From positions 403,697 through 467,696 of the forward strand of contig ML996699.1 of NCBI GenBank assembly GCA_010356995.1: a DNA stretch of 64,000 nt. The letters run 5' to 3'. Source of the stretch: Trichodelitschia bisporula (lineage: Eukaryota). Below the pieces are notes generated by a model. It was given only the letters and a program-made list of their open reading frames with translations, did not search any database and was not told the DNA's origin. Position numbers and translations under genes: made by a program. Below are positions 9,939 through 21,839 of the stretch, piece after piece. Position 1 is the first letter of the stretch; each line of letters opens with the position of its first letter.

Positions 9939-12013
9939 ATGGACGACGACGGTGGCGGCGAGCCCATCCAGCGCACATTGTCGCTTGTGCCATACGTTCC
10001 CGACCAGTCGCGCGAGATCGTGCTGTGAGCTCCTTCCATCCGTTTGACCATCCGGACGCTCCTAACTTATCCACCAGTCGTCATAATTCCACCGTTGTGG
10101 TCTACGACGAAGATAGTAAACAGCTCTCCCTGCGCGATGCCTCACGCTCCTCCGTCGAACTCACCCGCTGCCCAACTTGCAACCGACCCTACCACAACGC
10201 TCCTCCGCCCGCTTCACGCCGCGACCCCAGCCCTCCATCGCCAGATGAAGAATCCCCGCATGGACACGCACATTATATGGATCCCTCGTATTTTCGCCTT
10301 CTGAGTCAAGCGACCGCTGAGGATCGCGCAGCATCACCGAGGCGCAGACTGGGAGAGACAGAACGCACGGCCACTCCAGTAGAGAACAACCACAGACAAC
10401 CCCAGGCGCATGGGATATCGGCGACGGCATTCAGCCAGGGCTATTTCAACCGGTTTTTTGTTGAAGAAAAAGAGCTGGGAAAGGGAGGCAAAGGTGTGGT
10501 GTTACTCGTGAAGCACGTCCTCGATGGAGTCTCGCTGGGCCATTTCGCCTGCAAGAGGGTGACGGTTGGAGATAATCACGAATGGTTGGAGAAGGTGCTG
10601 CAAGAGGTGCAGTTGCTGCAGACACTTGCACACCAGAATCTCGTCTCGTATCGGCACGTCTGGCTGGAGAATTACCAGGCCAACAGCTTCGTGCCCAGCG
10701 TGCCCTGCGCTTTCATTCTGCAGCAGTTCTGTAATGCCGGCGACCTCGCTCAATACGTTTTAGAGCCGGCCAAAATGACCGTTACAACCGAGGAGCTGAA
10801 AGAGCGTATACGACGCCGGTCCAAAAACCAGCCAGAGCCGCCAGTCGATCTGCATGCGCCGCGTCGTATGCAGTTCGAAGAAGTGTTCTCCTTCTTCAAG
10901 GACATTACATCCGGGCTGCACCACTTGCACGCCCATGGGTACATCCACCGAGACTTGAAACCCAGCAATTGTCTCCTGCATGCCGAGAACCACAAAATCC
11001 GCGTGTTGGTCAGTGACTTTGGCGAAGTGCAACTCGCGGGCAACGCACGGCGCTCTACAGGCGCAACAGGCACGATCTCGTACTGTGCACCAGAAGTCCT
11101 CCGCCGCGAGACGCCCTCAGGTTCCTACGGCAACTTCACCACCAAGTCCGACGTCTTCTCCCTCGGCATGATTGTCTACTTCATGTGCTTCGCCAAGCTC
11201 CCCTACTCTAATGCCGACGCCATCAACGAAGAACGGGAAGACATCGACACATTGCGCACCGAAATCGCCGCATGGGCGGGTTTTGACGACGGCCGGCATG
11301 CACGCGAGGACCTCCCCGACCGGCTATACAAGTTCCTGAAGCGGCTCCTCGCCATCGACCCGGCCGCGCGACCCAGCACCGAAGATATCCTGAACGGCAT
11401 CCGCGCGGGCTCAGCCCTCGAAGATCTCGACGACGAAGTGCCCCACCCTAACATCCTCGACTCCCTCCGCTCGCGCATTCAGTCTGTCGACTCGTCACCT
11501 CGCTCACCCTCGCCGGCGGTGGCCCGCAAGCGCCCCGCTCGTGCACGCCAGAACTTTTATCCTACCACGTCGCGCTCGCCCGATGCTGAGCGCCACAGCT
11601 CCCCGTTGTCTAGCTCACCGCCCAAGGCGACCCCCGCGCCCGTCGCGGCCGTGGTGCCCGTGCGGAAGCGTACCGACAGCGGTGCGCGTAGCCCGCGGAG
11701 TATACCCGCGCCGCTCGCACTGCCGCCGCCCGAGGGCGTGCTGCAGCTTTACCAGATAGTGCGGAACCCGATGTTTGCCGCTATGCTGCGGATTTCCTTC
11801 CTTCTGATCAAGTACGTGACACTCACGGGTCCCTGCCACCCGTTTGGTACGCGGGGCGTGGCGGCGTATCCATTGCTTGTGCTGGCCGGGTTGGATTTTG
11901 TAGGCCGTTGGGAGGCGGGGAGGAGTCTTGGGCTGTTGGCAATTCATTTGATTCTTGTGGGTTTAATTGGACGGGGAGGGTGGCTTTGTGAGGGGGGTGG
12001 GCCGGCATGGTGA
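9939..12013 (+). CDS. IKS1: Ser/Thr protein kinase, IKS1 family, with C-terminal hydrophobic segments
   Basis: Kinase motifs LGKGGKGVV, FACKRV, HRDLKPSNCLL, VSDFGE, GTISYCAPE. N-terminal SLVPY..REIVLRHN is formed across intron 10025-10077. The stop overlaps a possible GTGAGT donor, so the 3' end is slightly uncertain. Confidence 0.85.
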
Positions 12014-12716
12014 GTGGTTTGGGAGAGAAAAAGATGGGAGATGTCGAAAGCATATTGGGGAGCTTAGTGGGACATGTTAGCGTTTGGCGAGGCGTAGATT
12101 GTGATAAAATGGTCATTTGTAACGGTTAGCATGTACATGATGGTATGATCTGGATGCATAGACCTGGGCCGAGGTCATATTTTCCGGCTAAACCTCTCAA
12201 AAGCTCAGCAGGCGTGTAGCAGGTGGAGTTAGCCACCCGCAGATGGAGTTCTCGATATTCTACCCTCATACGTACTCTACTGTGATACTGTCGACTTGAA
12301 TTCCAGCCTCACCTCACTGCACCGCCACTGAACTATTCTTTTCTTCGTTCCAACCGTGGCGCAGCTCCTACCGTAGTTCTAACGGTCGATCCAGCATCAA
12401 GTGGGTCAGCCGAAGCGTCCTCAGCGGGGCCGTTCGCGACATCAACCGGCAAACTTTAACCCCACCTCCTCTCTTCGCCCATCAGGCCCATCACCTCGCC
12501 TAACCCGCATATCGCGACGTACGCCCAGCCCAAGTACAAATGAAACTCATCACCGGGGCTATGCTCCGTCCCCGCACTTCCAGATAAGCACATCAACCCA
12601 AACGATGCCCTCCCCCGCTCCCATCTCCGAAGTTGGCATATCCTCACGTTAATTGGCCAGCCCCGCACGGCCACACAGTGGCGCAAGCGTGGCTGGGCAC
12701 CCCTCATGCTGCGCGA

Positions 12717-13055
12717 TGACGTCACCACATGACCTCATTGCACCAATCTTCCCCAGAGCGGAGCCCTGAGCGGAGGATTACCTTCCAAAGTGGGAAAGCG
12801 GTTCTCGCTAGCACTTGATACGCTGTGGGCACGCGCGCAAGCCACCGACACCCACGTTGCGGACGCATATGGGTTGATTTCGTCAAGGGACTAAGGGTGG
12901 GCTGGACCCTGCGTCATCGGGCGTGGCTGGTGCGCTGTGCCCCTCGGGACAAAGTGACGTAGTGGCGCGCCTCGCTCGCACCTGCTCGAGGGGCGGCTAT
13001 CAACGACCTTGTTTCTGCAGTGCTTCAGATGGGACGCGGACGAGATGTATAAATA
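12717..13055 (+). promoter_or_regulatory. Putative promoter of the 13215 gene: palindromic CRE (TGACGTCA 12717-12724), CCAAT (~12742), TGACGTA (~12955), TATAAATA (13048)
   Basis: Motif matches upstream of a C/A-rich leader and the ATG at 13215. Confidence 0.45.
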
Positions 13056-13214
13056 CACCCTTCCCCTCCACCCATATTTCCTACTCATCACACACAAGCT
13101 CAAGTCTGCAAATCTCTTCCAAACTCCAAAGCCTCAAGCCTCAAGCCTCTAGCCTCAAGCTCGACTACCAAACCACTTCAAACCCTCAAACCAACCCTCC
13201 AAACCTCAATCATC

Positions 13215-13604
13215 ATGGTTCGCCGCGCCACCCGCACCACCACCCGCCGCCCCGGCCTCTTCACCCGCCTCCGCGCCCGCAACCACCCCGTCAGCAACAC
13301 CACCTACACCACGACGACCACAACCACGCAGCGCACGAAGCGCAACCGCAACCCGTTCGCCGCGCGCCGCCGCGCCCCGATGGCCACGACGGGCACGCAC
13401 CACAACCACGGCACCACCGCCGGGTACGGCACCACGACGGGCGCGCCCGTGCACCACCACCGCCGGCGCCCGAGCATCGGTGACAAGATCTCGGGTGCGA
13501 TGATGAAGCTGCGTGGCAGCTTGACGCGTCGCCCTGGGCTGAAGGCGGCGGGGACGAGGCGCATGCATGGGACTGATGGGCGGGGTTCGCATAGGGTTTA
13601 CTAG
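13215..13604 (+). CDS. Small basic Arg/Thr/His-rich fungal protein (129 aa)
   Basis: Intronless ORF with ATCATG context and strong GC3 bias. C-terminus RRPSIGDKISGAMMKLRGSLTRRPGLKAAGTRRMHGTDGRGS resembles a small ascomycete family (from memory). Confidence 0.8.
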   Translation: MVRRATRTTTRRPGLFTRLRARNHPVSNTTYTTTTTTTQRTKRNRNPFAARRRAPMATTGTHHNHGTTAGYGTTTGAPVHHHRRRPSIGDKISGAMMKLRGSLTRRPGLKAAGTRRMHGTDGRGSHRVY

Positions 13605-13915
13605 AGGGGAGCGACCTGTTATTGGCTCTACTTGTTTGAGTAGGTTGGTGTTTGGGGTTGTGCTTTTGGGACATTAGCGATGACGGCGACGATTACGTTG
13701 TACGATACCCGAGAGAATGAACTCGATTTAGTTTTGATGTGGCTTCGTTACGCGTGATGACATCTGTATGACTGTCATACTGTCCATCGCCACAACTTAT
13801 CCTACATCGCCATGACTATCATACATCCTTGTGACCAGCGTACAGCGCTGCGTATTCAACAAAGAATTGACCATGTAGAGAAGAGTCAAAGCTCGGATCA
13901 CCACCCATATCGCGC

Positions 13916-14691
13916 TTAGTCGAGGTCGAATTCCGTGGCGTCGTACGTCACCCGCGCAGCTCCGTCCGCCGTCGTCTGTCCATTCGCCGTGTCAAGGGTC
14001 TTATGGCCAGACTCGAGTATTTTCTGGACCTGATAACGCTCAGCCGCTAACTGAAGGAGCCCCACTTCATCCGTCAACCCAACAATGCGGTCCAACTCAA
14101 TATTGGTGCCGTAACCCCAGTCATTGTCCAGTTCCTCTTCATAGTCGGACGTGTCATCGACCACAGTCGCACCGTCGTAAGTGTTGGCATCGTCGATGGA
14201 TTGGGCAGGATCATACCCGTATTCAGAGATAGCGTCCCAGATGCTGGCTTCATCGTCATCGGAGACCTCGCCGCCAGTGAGCTCGGCATTAGCAGCAGCA
14301 GGAAGGTCGTGGTGGTCCGGAGGAGGCTCGGTAGCGCTGAGGTCACTGTCGTCGACATTAACAGTAAAAACAGAAACTTCCTCGATGCTCTCACCGGATG
14401 CTCTGCGGCAGCTGCTGGTAGCCGCACAGACGCATCTCCCGCAAGAACCTAGGCGAACCATTTGAAGAGTACCCCTTGCGGAGTGAAGCGGGACGCTCCG
14501 TCTCGTAGCGAGCGCGTTTGCTCTCCGGTTCAGGAGACATCGAGGGAGCACGCGCCCTGTTGGATATTAGCCAAGTACTTAAGTTTTACAGACTTAACGT
14601 ACCGCTTTATACCGCCGGCAACTCCCATTTGATGCTCAGGGATCTCGTAGTCAAGGGGATCCGAGTGGGGGGTGGGCTCGGGGCGGTCCAT
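13916..14691 (-). CDS. Hypothetical acidic protein, three exons
   Basis: ATG 14691; intron 14602-14557 (GTACGT..CTAAT..CAG); second intron GTGAGA..GACAG (~14394-14346) restores the frame into the D/E-rich ORF ending at 13916. Confidence 0.6.
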
Positions 14692-15090
14692 TTCTGCGCA
14701 GAGAAGGGACAAGGAGGCTCTGGCAAAACTTAAGCGTGTTAGAGATTCCCTTGGAAAGCTGAAGGTGTGAGCATACAGTATTTTGGTTATGGTTGGCCTC
14801 GATGTAGTGAGGTGAGTGTTGTCAAGGTAGATGGTGAAAGGTCGTGCAAACAAAGGAAGCAGACTTATATAAAGTGAACAATGGAAGGCTTGGGTGTCAA
14901 GCTCTCGGCGCGCCGAGATACCAGTTCGGGTCCTCATGGCAAACAATCCCATTGTCGATACTCTGTTCGCACGGATCAGCCTTGGCCGGAACTTGTCCCT
15001 TGAAGTCATGTATACTGACATACTGACGAGCCCATGATATTTAGACTCTTCCACGTATACCAATCCCGCTCTTTACTCCTCCACCAGCCC

Positions 15091-15690
15091 CTAAAATGGC
15101 TTCGCAACCTTCCTAGGCTCCTTCTTCCCTGTCTCCCGATCCCGCACCTCACACCAGCTAACTGGCACACACACATTCCCCTCCTCACTCCACGCCATAA
15201 CAACCCCGAACTCATTTCCGGCCGTGCTGAGAAAGTACCCCCCGGTATTGTCCCCAAGCCCCACCACCGTCGCCCGCACAATATCGCCCACCCGGAAACA
15301 CTCCGTGATCTTGACCTTGTCCTTCTCAGTCGCGCGCACATCTTGGGCCCGAAGTACCGCGCGCACCGGCGTGTTGACTTTGTCGTCCGTGACTAGGATC
15401 TCGCATTGCGCCTGGAGACGAGCGAGGCGCGTTACGCGCGCGTAGACGGTTGCGTTTATGCTGGGGAGGGGCGCGGGGGCGTTCGAGGGGCGGGTGATTG
15501 CGAGGGTTGATTGGAGTGAAGCTTTGTTGCTGTTGCCGCTGCTGCCGCGGATGGGTGTGAGGTTGGAGACGGGTCCTAGGAGCGAGGCTACGAGCCGATC
15601 GTTGTAGATGTGCGTTCCTGGGCCTGCTGCGTGGCGCGCTGAGGGGCCGAGGGGTTGCCCTGGGAGGGCGAAGGAGGGTGCCGAGGCCAT
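15091..15690 (-). CDS. CSL4: Exosome complex component Csl4 (S1 domain)
   Basis: ALPGQPLG..GPGTH, RAQDVRATEKDKVKITECFRVGDIVRA, YFLSTAGNEFGVV, C-terminal EPRKVAKPF. Confidence 0.95.
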   Translation of the reverse strand: MASAPSFALPGQPLGPSARHAAGPGTHIYNDRLVASLLGPVSNLTPIRGSSGNSNKASLQSTLAITRPSNAPAPLPSINATVYARVTRLARLQAQCEILVTDDKVNTPVRAVLRAQDVRATEKDKVKITECFRVGDIVRATVVGLGDNTGGYFLSTAGNEFGVVMAWSEEGNVCVPVSWCEVRDRETGKKEPRKVAKPF

Positions 15691-16402
15691 GACTGTGCGT
15701 ATGGTCTGAGGGAGAATGCTGTTGCAAAGAGGCGGAGTGGACAGTGAGGTTCAGGGAAGTTCCTGTAGAAGGAGTCGAAGTGGAAGGGTGAAGTACAGGG
15801 TAAGGTGCAGGGTCGATTATTCACGAGGTATTCGGTCACGTTATCTGGTGGTTGGATATCTGTGCTACAGAATGGATCATGGATTAACGTTAAAGCGGTT
15901 CCAATGGATCGACAGACTGGGGTAGCCTTGAGACAGCTCCCCGACTTGGCACTGGATCTTCGTCCAGCTATCTTGACTTCATCTCTTCACTCTTAGTTCT
16001 TTTCACAATCCGAGTAACTGAAGGCTAGATGCTTAGCGTCGCGATGCAGCCTAGGTACTTGACATTCTAGCCCAGAAGCAAACAAAGCTTCTCTCAACTT
16101 GTGATGCTTTGTCGGCCAGCTCTTTTGCCTCCACTACACTTAGGACACCGGAGCTGTGAAGCACGAAGGTGAGGTGATAAAAAATGATCATGAATGGTAC
16201 AGAGCTTCATGGCGAAGCACGAGGGATATCATATTCTCTATTTGTTAACATGCTGCCTGTAGGAAAACTGAGAAACACAATCCATCCAGCCATCTCAATT
16301 TCCCTGTCGTATATTGCCTTCGGCAAAGTATCGGTCGAGGAAAGCTCAACGCATGGCCGAACTTTCCGTTGTGATTTCCACCCTCTCACGATAAGAAAAT
16401 GC

Positions 16403-17086
16403 TACGGATATACTTTTCAAAAGTATCTAGGTGCCAAGGCATGCCAAGACGCCAGTGCTGCCCAGTTCAAACTTGGAAGGTACAACCCTTTTAACTGCAA
16501 ACCAGTTTTTCTGCAGCAACGCTGTCACTACGAAAGTGGCGCCAAAATACTCACCGCGTTAAGGCGATCAAAATAAACTTAGTTACAATTAGATAGTATT
16601 CTAGGGCGTGAGTGCATCGCGACTTGAAGTTTCACAGCCAGACCGATGAGGTGTGCTGCCAAGTAATGCCAAGTCATGTGCCTTAACTCGTTACTTTTGA
16701 AAAGCGCCTCCGTACATCGCGCATTTCGATGCGCAAGCCTCCGCCATCGGCGACGCTCAGAAATATGTATACGTACGGAGATGCGTAACAAAAGTATCCA
16801 GTCAAGCCGCCAGTCTTGGCATTCTTGGCACAAGGCCTCGTGGGCCTAGCCGTAAAACTTCAAGTCGCGATGCGCTCACGCTTCAGAATATTATAAAGTT
16901 ATAATTAAACTTATCTTGATTGCCTTAACGCGACGAGTACTTTAGCACTACTTTCGTCGCGATCGCGTTGCTGCAAAAAGACTTTTGTGGTATAAAGTTC
17001 TGTGGCTTCCGAATTTGGACAGGGTAGCGTCTTGCCCTATATAAGCCTTGGCGACCGGATACTTTTGTTACGCATATCCGTACGCA
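16403..17086. repeat. Degenerate ~250-bp inverted repeat (16403-16650 vs 16834-17086) with a partial third copy at ~16771-16805
   Basis: GCGTGAGTGCATCGCGACTTGAAGTTTCAC vs GTAAAACTTCAAGTCGCGATGCGCTCACGC; TACGGAGATGCGTAACAAAAGTATCC vs GGATACTTTTGTTACGCATATCCGTA. Confidence 0.85.
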
Positions 17087-18125
17087 GTACGCTTCGTAGG
17101 AAGGATCTTCACCCGACTTCAGTAGCTGTTATGCAACACTTGCCGATGTGCCGCCCTGTCGATCGAGCTTTGCCCCCATTCCCGTACCGTCCAGTACCCT
17201 AGCCATCCCGGAAGCGGCAGGAGGCGAGCTTAACTCCGCACTCCGTCCACGCGATTTTAGCTCGTCTTTAGTGTTGCATCCAGGAAGCCGGGACGAGCAG
17301 GCGGGACGAGTACGAAAACCTGGTTTGTCTCCAACACGAATGACACAAACGACACGAAGCTGATGGCTGATTGTCCAAGGCCATCTCTTGCATAAGTTAG
17401 GAGTTAGATCACTGCAAAAGATCACACCATGTTAAATGCCCAAATACCAAGCGTTGATCAATAGTTTGACTATCAGCCCTGCCACCCATACGCCAGCGAT
17501 ACCAAGACAATTCTTGAGGCTCTCGGTCTGTCTTGGATGATTCTTCTCGTCATGCTAATCGCCCATCCCACGCGACTGCGCGGCCCCCCCCCGGCCATCC
17601 GCGCATACCGTACTGTACGAGGTACACCGTACGCCACAACGAGGCGTTTGCAGCGTTGCGCCAGTACGCGTAAGTAGCGCAATTTCGCTTCCTGGGATAC
17701 GATATGCGTCGTCGTTACGGCGCCATAAACGCCCGCTCAGCCTCCCAATACCACCTTGGAATTGCATGTCGCGTGCATGGGCCCCCCTGTCAGGCACGAA
17801 AACGCGACCAGGTAACAGCGGGTATTTACAACGATAGCCTTTATGGACCAAAGGCTCGTGAGTCCTCAAATGAAGCATCCCAAACTCCCGAAGAAGCAAG
17901 GTGATAGAAGAAAAGTAGCTCGCACACCCAAGTTGCCCAGGCTTGCGGGTTTTATGGATGATCAATTACAATGAAGTGGTATATGCAAAAGGCTTCTTCA
18001 CACGCGCCCAACTCCCAAGGCCATGTTACGTACATCCCAAGCCCGCCGCCATTAGCTTCTTCAGCCCGCCAAATCCCGATTCTAATCCAACCCAACACTC
18101 CCCACAACTGCCTACCAACTCACGT

Positions 18126-19960
18126 TTAGTAGGCCTTGGTAGGCCAGACGGTGACGGTGACGGTCGTGGAGACCGTCTTGCAAGTGCCCTTGGGCTTTGC
18201 GCTCACCACCGCGTTCGAGCCCGAGCCGGAGGAGCCTGAGCCGGAGACGCCCGAACCCTTGCCCGAAGTGGACGTGCCCGAGGTGAACGAACCGATGACG
18301 GGGCTGGTAGGCATCGGGTAAACGAGACCCTGGGCTTGCGGCTGGCCGGCCATCTTGTTGGGGTGGCCGAGGGCCTTGTAGCCAGTCGCCGAGGGCGAGG
18401 CAGTGGAGGTAGATGTACACGGCACCTTGCCGACGGGGATGATGTCGACGACATACGAGGTCGCCTTGCTCTTCAAGGTAAAGGTGTACGTCTTGGTGCT
18501 GTATAGGGTGCTGTACGTGGTGTACGCCTTCCCGCTCGCGCTGGACTTCTTGCTGCTGGTCACGGCGTAGCTGGCGGGCACGCTGCTGACGGGGAAGTTG
18601 GTCGGGAAGGTGCCGTTGAAGGAGCCGGACGGCCTGACGCTGAGAGAGGGGAAAACGCTGACCACGGCAGACGCGCTGACGGACGCGCTCGCGCTGACGG
18701 ACCCGCTGGCGCTGGCGAGGGACGCGCTGGCGCTGCCGGAGGGGTTGGCGCAGGCGACCTTGTTCTGGCTGGGAGGAGTGATGACATCGACGTGCGAGGG
18801 CAGGACGTGCGTGCACTCAGTCAGGCTGTTGATCTTGTTCACACCGAGCAGCGACAGGCGGACGTAGGCACGCGAGTAATCGTTGTTCCACGCCAGCTGG
18901 CCGAAGTTGGGGTTCGTGAACAACTGGAAGGCCCCGATCGAGCGGGAGTCCTGGGCCAGGCTCAGGTCCGAGGGGAACTGGAACACGCCGCTAAATGGGG
19001 TTAGTGGGAGCATGGGTAAACGGGACAAAGGAACTTACCCAGGCGCGGCACCGCCCGAGGTGATCTCCTTGTAGAACTCAACGTCCCAAACGCCAACAGT
19101 GCTGTCGAGCGCCTCGCCCGCATTGGCAGGGGAGAAATGCGCCTGGGTGGCGACGGAGTGGGCACCGACGAGCGCCGCAACGTCGATGGGGGTGAAGGAC
19201 TTGTCAGCGAACAGGGCGATGATCTTGTCCGCATCGTCAGCCGCATCGGGCATCAGGCCGGTGGGGGAGGAGGCGCTGTCGTCACGACCAACGAAGGTGC
19301 GGACACGGGGGCCGAGCGGGCAGCTCACAGCCGCGACGTTAGCCGCAAACTGGATGAAGTCGGCGGCGCTGACGCCGAACTGCGTGTATTTGGACAAAAT
19401 CGCGCGGCCCGTCGCCTTGTACCCCTCCAGACCGGCATTCTCAGGCCGGCTGATCTCCTCATCGAGGATGAACAGCGAGCCGTCGGCACCACCGATGCCG
19501 CTGGTCTTGGACCATGGGCCCGCGTCGTGGAAGCCGGCGCGAATGGCCTTGCGCGCCAGGTCGGTGCACTGGCCGTCGGCGGCCACGAACAGGTCGAACA
19601 GCTCATTGGCAATGAAGTCCCACACGCAGCACGTGTCGGCCGCGCACTCCTTGCTGCCCAGAGGGCCGGGCGGGCAGTAGACCTGGTGGGGTTAGCCAGG
19701 CTGAGAGCACCACGAATCGGCGTCGTTACCTTCTCCGAGTTGTCCTCGCCGGAGAACACGCCGGTAAGGATGTCGGAGACGTCCTGGCCGGTGGACGAGG
19801 TGACACCTTGGAGGAGATCACCGATCAGCTCGGTGGAGAGAGCGCCGCCTTGCCTCTTGGCCAGCTGCTTGTGCATATCGGAGTGGGAACCCTTCATGCC
19901 GGGGTAGGCCATGGCGAGGCCAACGCTGGCCGCGCTCACCGCAATCGTGGAGAACTTCAT
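18126..19960 (-). CDS. Secreted class II (AA2-type) heme peroxidase with a long Ser/Thr-rich C-terminal extension
   Basis: Signal peptide MKFSTIAVSAASVGLAMA, distal motif AIRAGFHDAG, GGADGS, DFIQFA..CPLGP, proximal VGAHSVA. Introns 19729-19683 and 19038-18991. Confidence 0.9.
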
Positions 19961-21839
19961 CGTGAAAAAATTAAAAGCAGAATGGTATTATGTTGTAAAG
20001 AGGGACTGGAAAATGGACTGGACGGTAGTAACGCTGCGTGTCAAAGACAGGACGTAGTGAATACACTACAAAAGAGGGACAGTGGGTTGAATGAGGGAAC
20101 AGGAGGAAGAGGCGGCCCACGACAATTATATATTGGTTCTCATGGGGTGGGAGCGCTAAGGGGGGCGTATACGAGCCGCCAGCCACCACTCCGGTACGGA
20201 GGCGGCTGTATCTCCTGCATCCTGCTTTGGGGTCAGCCTACGCGGGGGTAGGTGTTGGCGGCATCTTGATGGCGCTACAGCCTCTTCAGCTGCCACCCGC
20301 GGTGAATCCCCTTTGGACTGGTCTAGCATGAGGCTCGCGCTCACGCCAAAGCCGTTTCGGCCGGAAGAATTTCACGTTGGCGAAGGAAGAAATTGTGCAT
20401 CTGGAGTTGGAAGACTTGAGGTCCGAGTTCCCCACACAGCACGTGAAGATGGACACGGTGGAGTGGAATGGATGACAGCTGTCAGGCGGCCTGCTTACTC
20501 CCCAATGCCTGGGAACGCTTCCTCCAAAGAGATCACGAAGCGGTGTTGCGCGCGCGCTGTGTTGACTTGTGGTTGGTAGTGGTTGGTGAGAGGAACGAGA
20601 AGGGGGTGCTTGCCAAGGCTGGGTATGGGGGGGTGGTTGATAGGGACAGGCGCAGCGCCGAAAGCGAATGCAGGAACCGCAGGCTAGAAGTGGTTACCGT
20701 AGCACGCTCCACACGGCCTCTCCCGCATCCAAGCAGCAGCCTTTACCAGTCTTCGAAGGTCTTCACAGCCCCTCAGCAGAGACGGCAGGACGACACTGTC
20801 GCAATTTCCGACTTCAGCCTTCCCGAGCAACGCAACGACGTGAGAGGACGAAACAGCCGCACGTTGCCATCCAAGCCAAGGCGCTCGCCTCCCCGACCCC
20901 GGGTTGAAGAAGATGCGGTTAGTAGGGGCGCTTGGCTTGCACCACCCCTTCCACGTTGACCCCTGGACAAACCCCCCAAACCACCTCCCCTGTTCGACGC
21001 AGGAACGCCCAGGGGTAAACAGCGCAGAAACAAGCAACACCAGCACATTTTTCACCGGTCACCTCTCCGGCCTTTCTGGACCCCAATAATCACCCACAGT
21101 CGTCGGCAAGCCTTTTGAGCATGCACTGGAACAATCTCGAGGGACTTTGGCCGAATTTGCTTCGTGTTAATCGAGTGATTCGAGTCGAAAATGCTTTTAC
21201 GGTATCAGAATCCATCTTCTCCCATTGGTCTCCATCGAAGCAGTACTTGTCCGTAAATAGCCAGGTTCAACTTGAACGGGCTAAACTGATCGCTATCCCC
21301 TTCTCCTCCACCGCCGCTAAAGCCTTACCCAGCAGACCAACGCGCACCAATCTGCTCGAAGCATCGAACATTCGATCGATGGCCAAGCTTGGGGGAGCTT
21401 ATCTCCCACCCCCCCCCCATCAGTCCACGAATCAACAAACCGCCAAAGTCATCACCCAAGTGCTGACCACGGCGGCTCGTGTCCGTTTGACCCAGCGCCC
21501 TCCCGCGAGGATATATTTTAAGCCCGCCGCTCGTGTGCGCGCTCCCCAAGCGTTAAGACATCGACGACGCCCCGTCCCAATCGTATCCGCCGTTTCCGCT
21601 GCTGACTTTGCACATAAACGGCGTCGTATTCAGCGCCTGCGTTTCCCCGGTTTTCACAAACAACCGGGCGTCTGCAGGAACAGTGTGTTTCGGAATGCGG
21701 TCGCAGCTGCATGGCCGTCGGTGCGGACGGCGACCGCTTTGCTGCCTGCGTCTGCCGTCCAGGGGCCAGAACGCGAGAAACTTTCCCGTGCCGACTGTGT
21801 GATGCTGTTGTGGCTGATCTAGCGGTGGTTCGACCTCTT

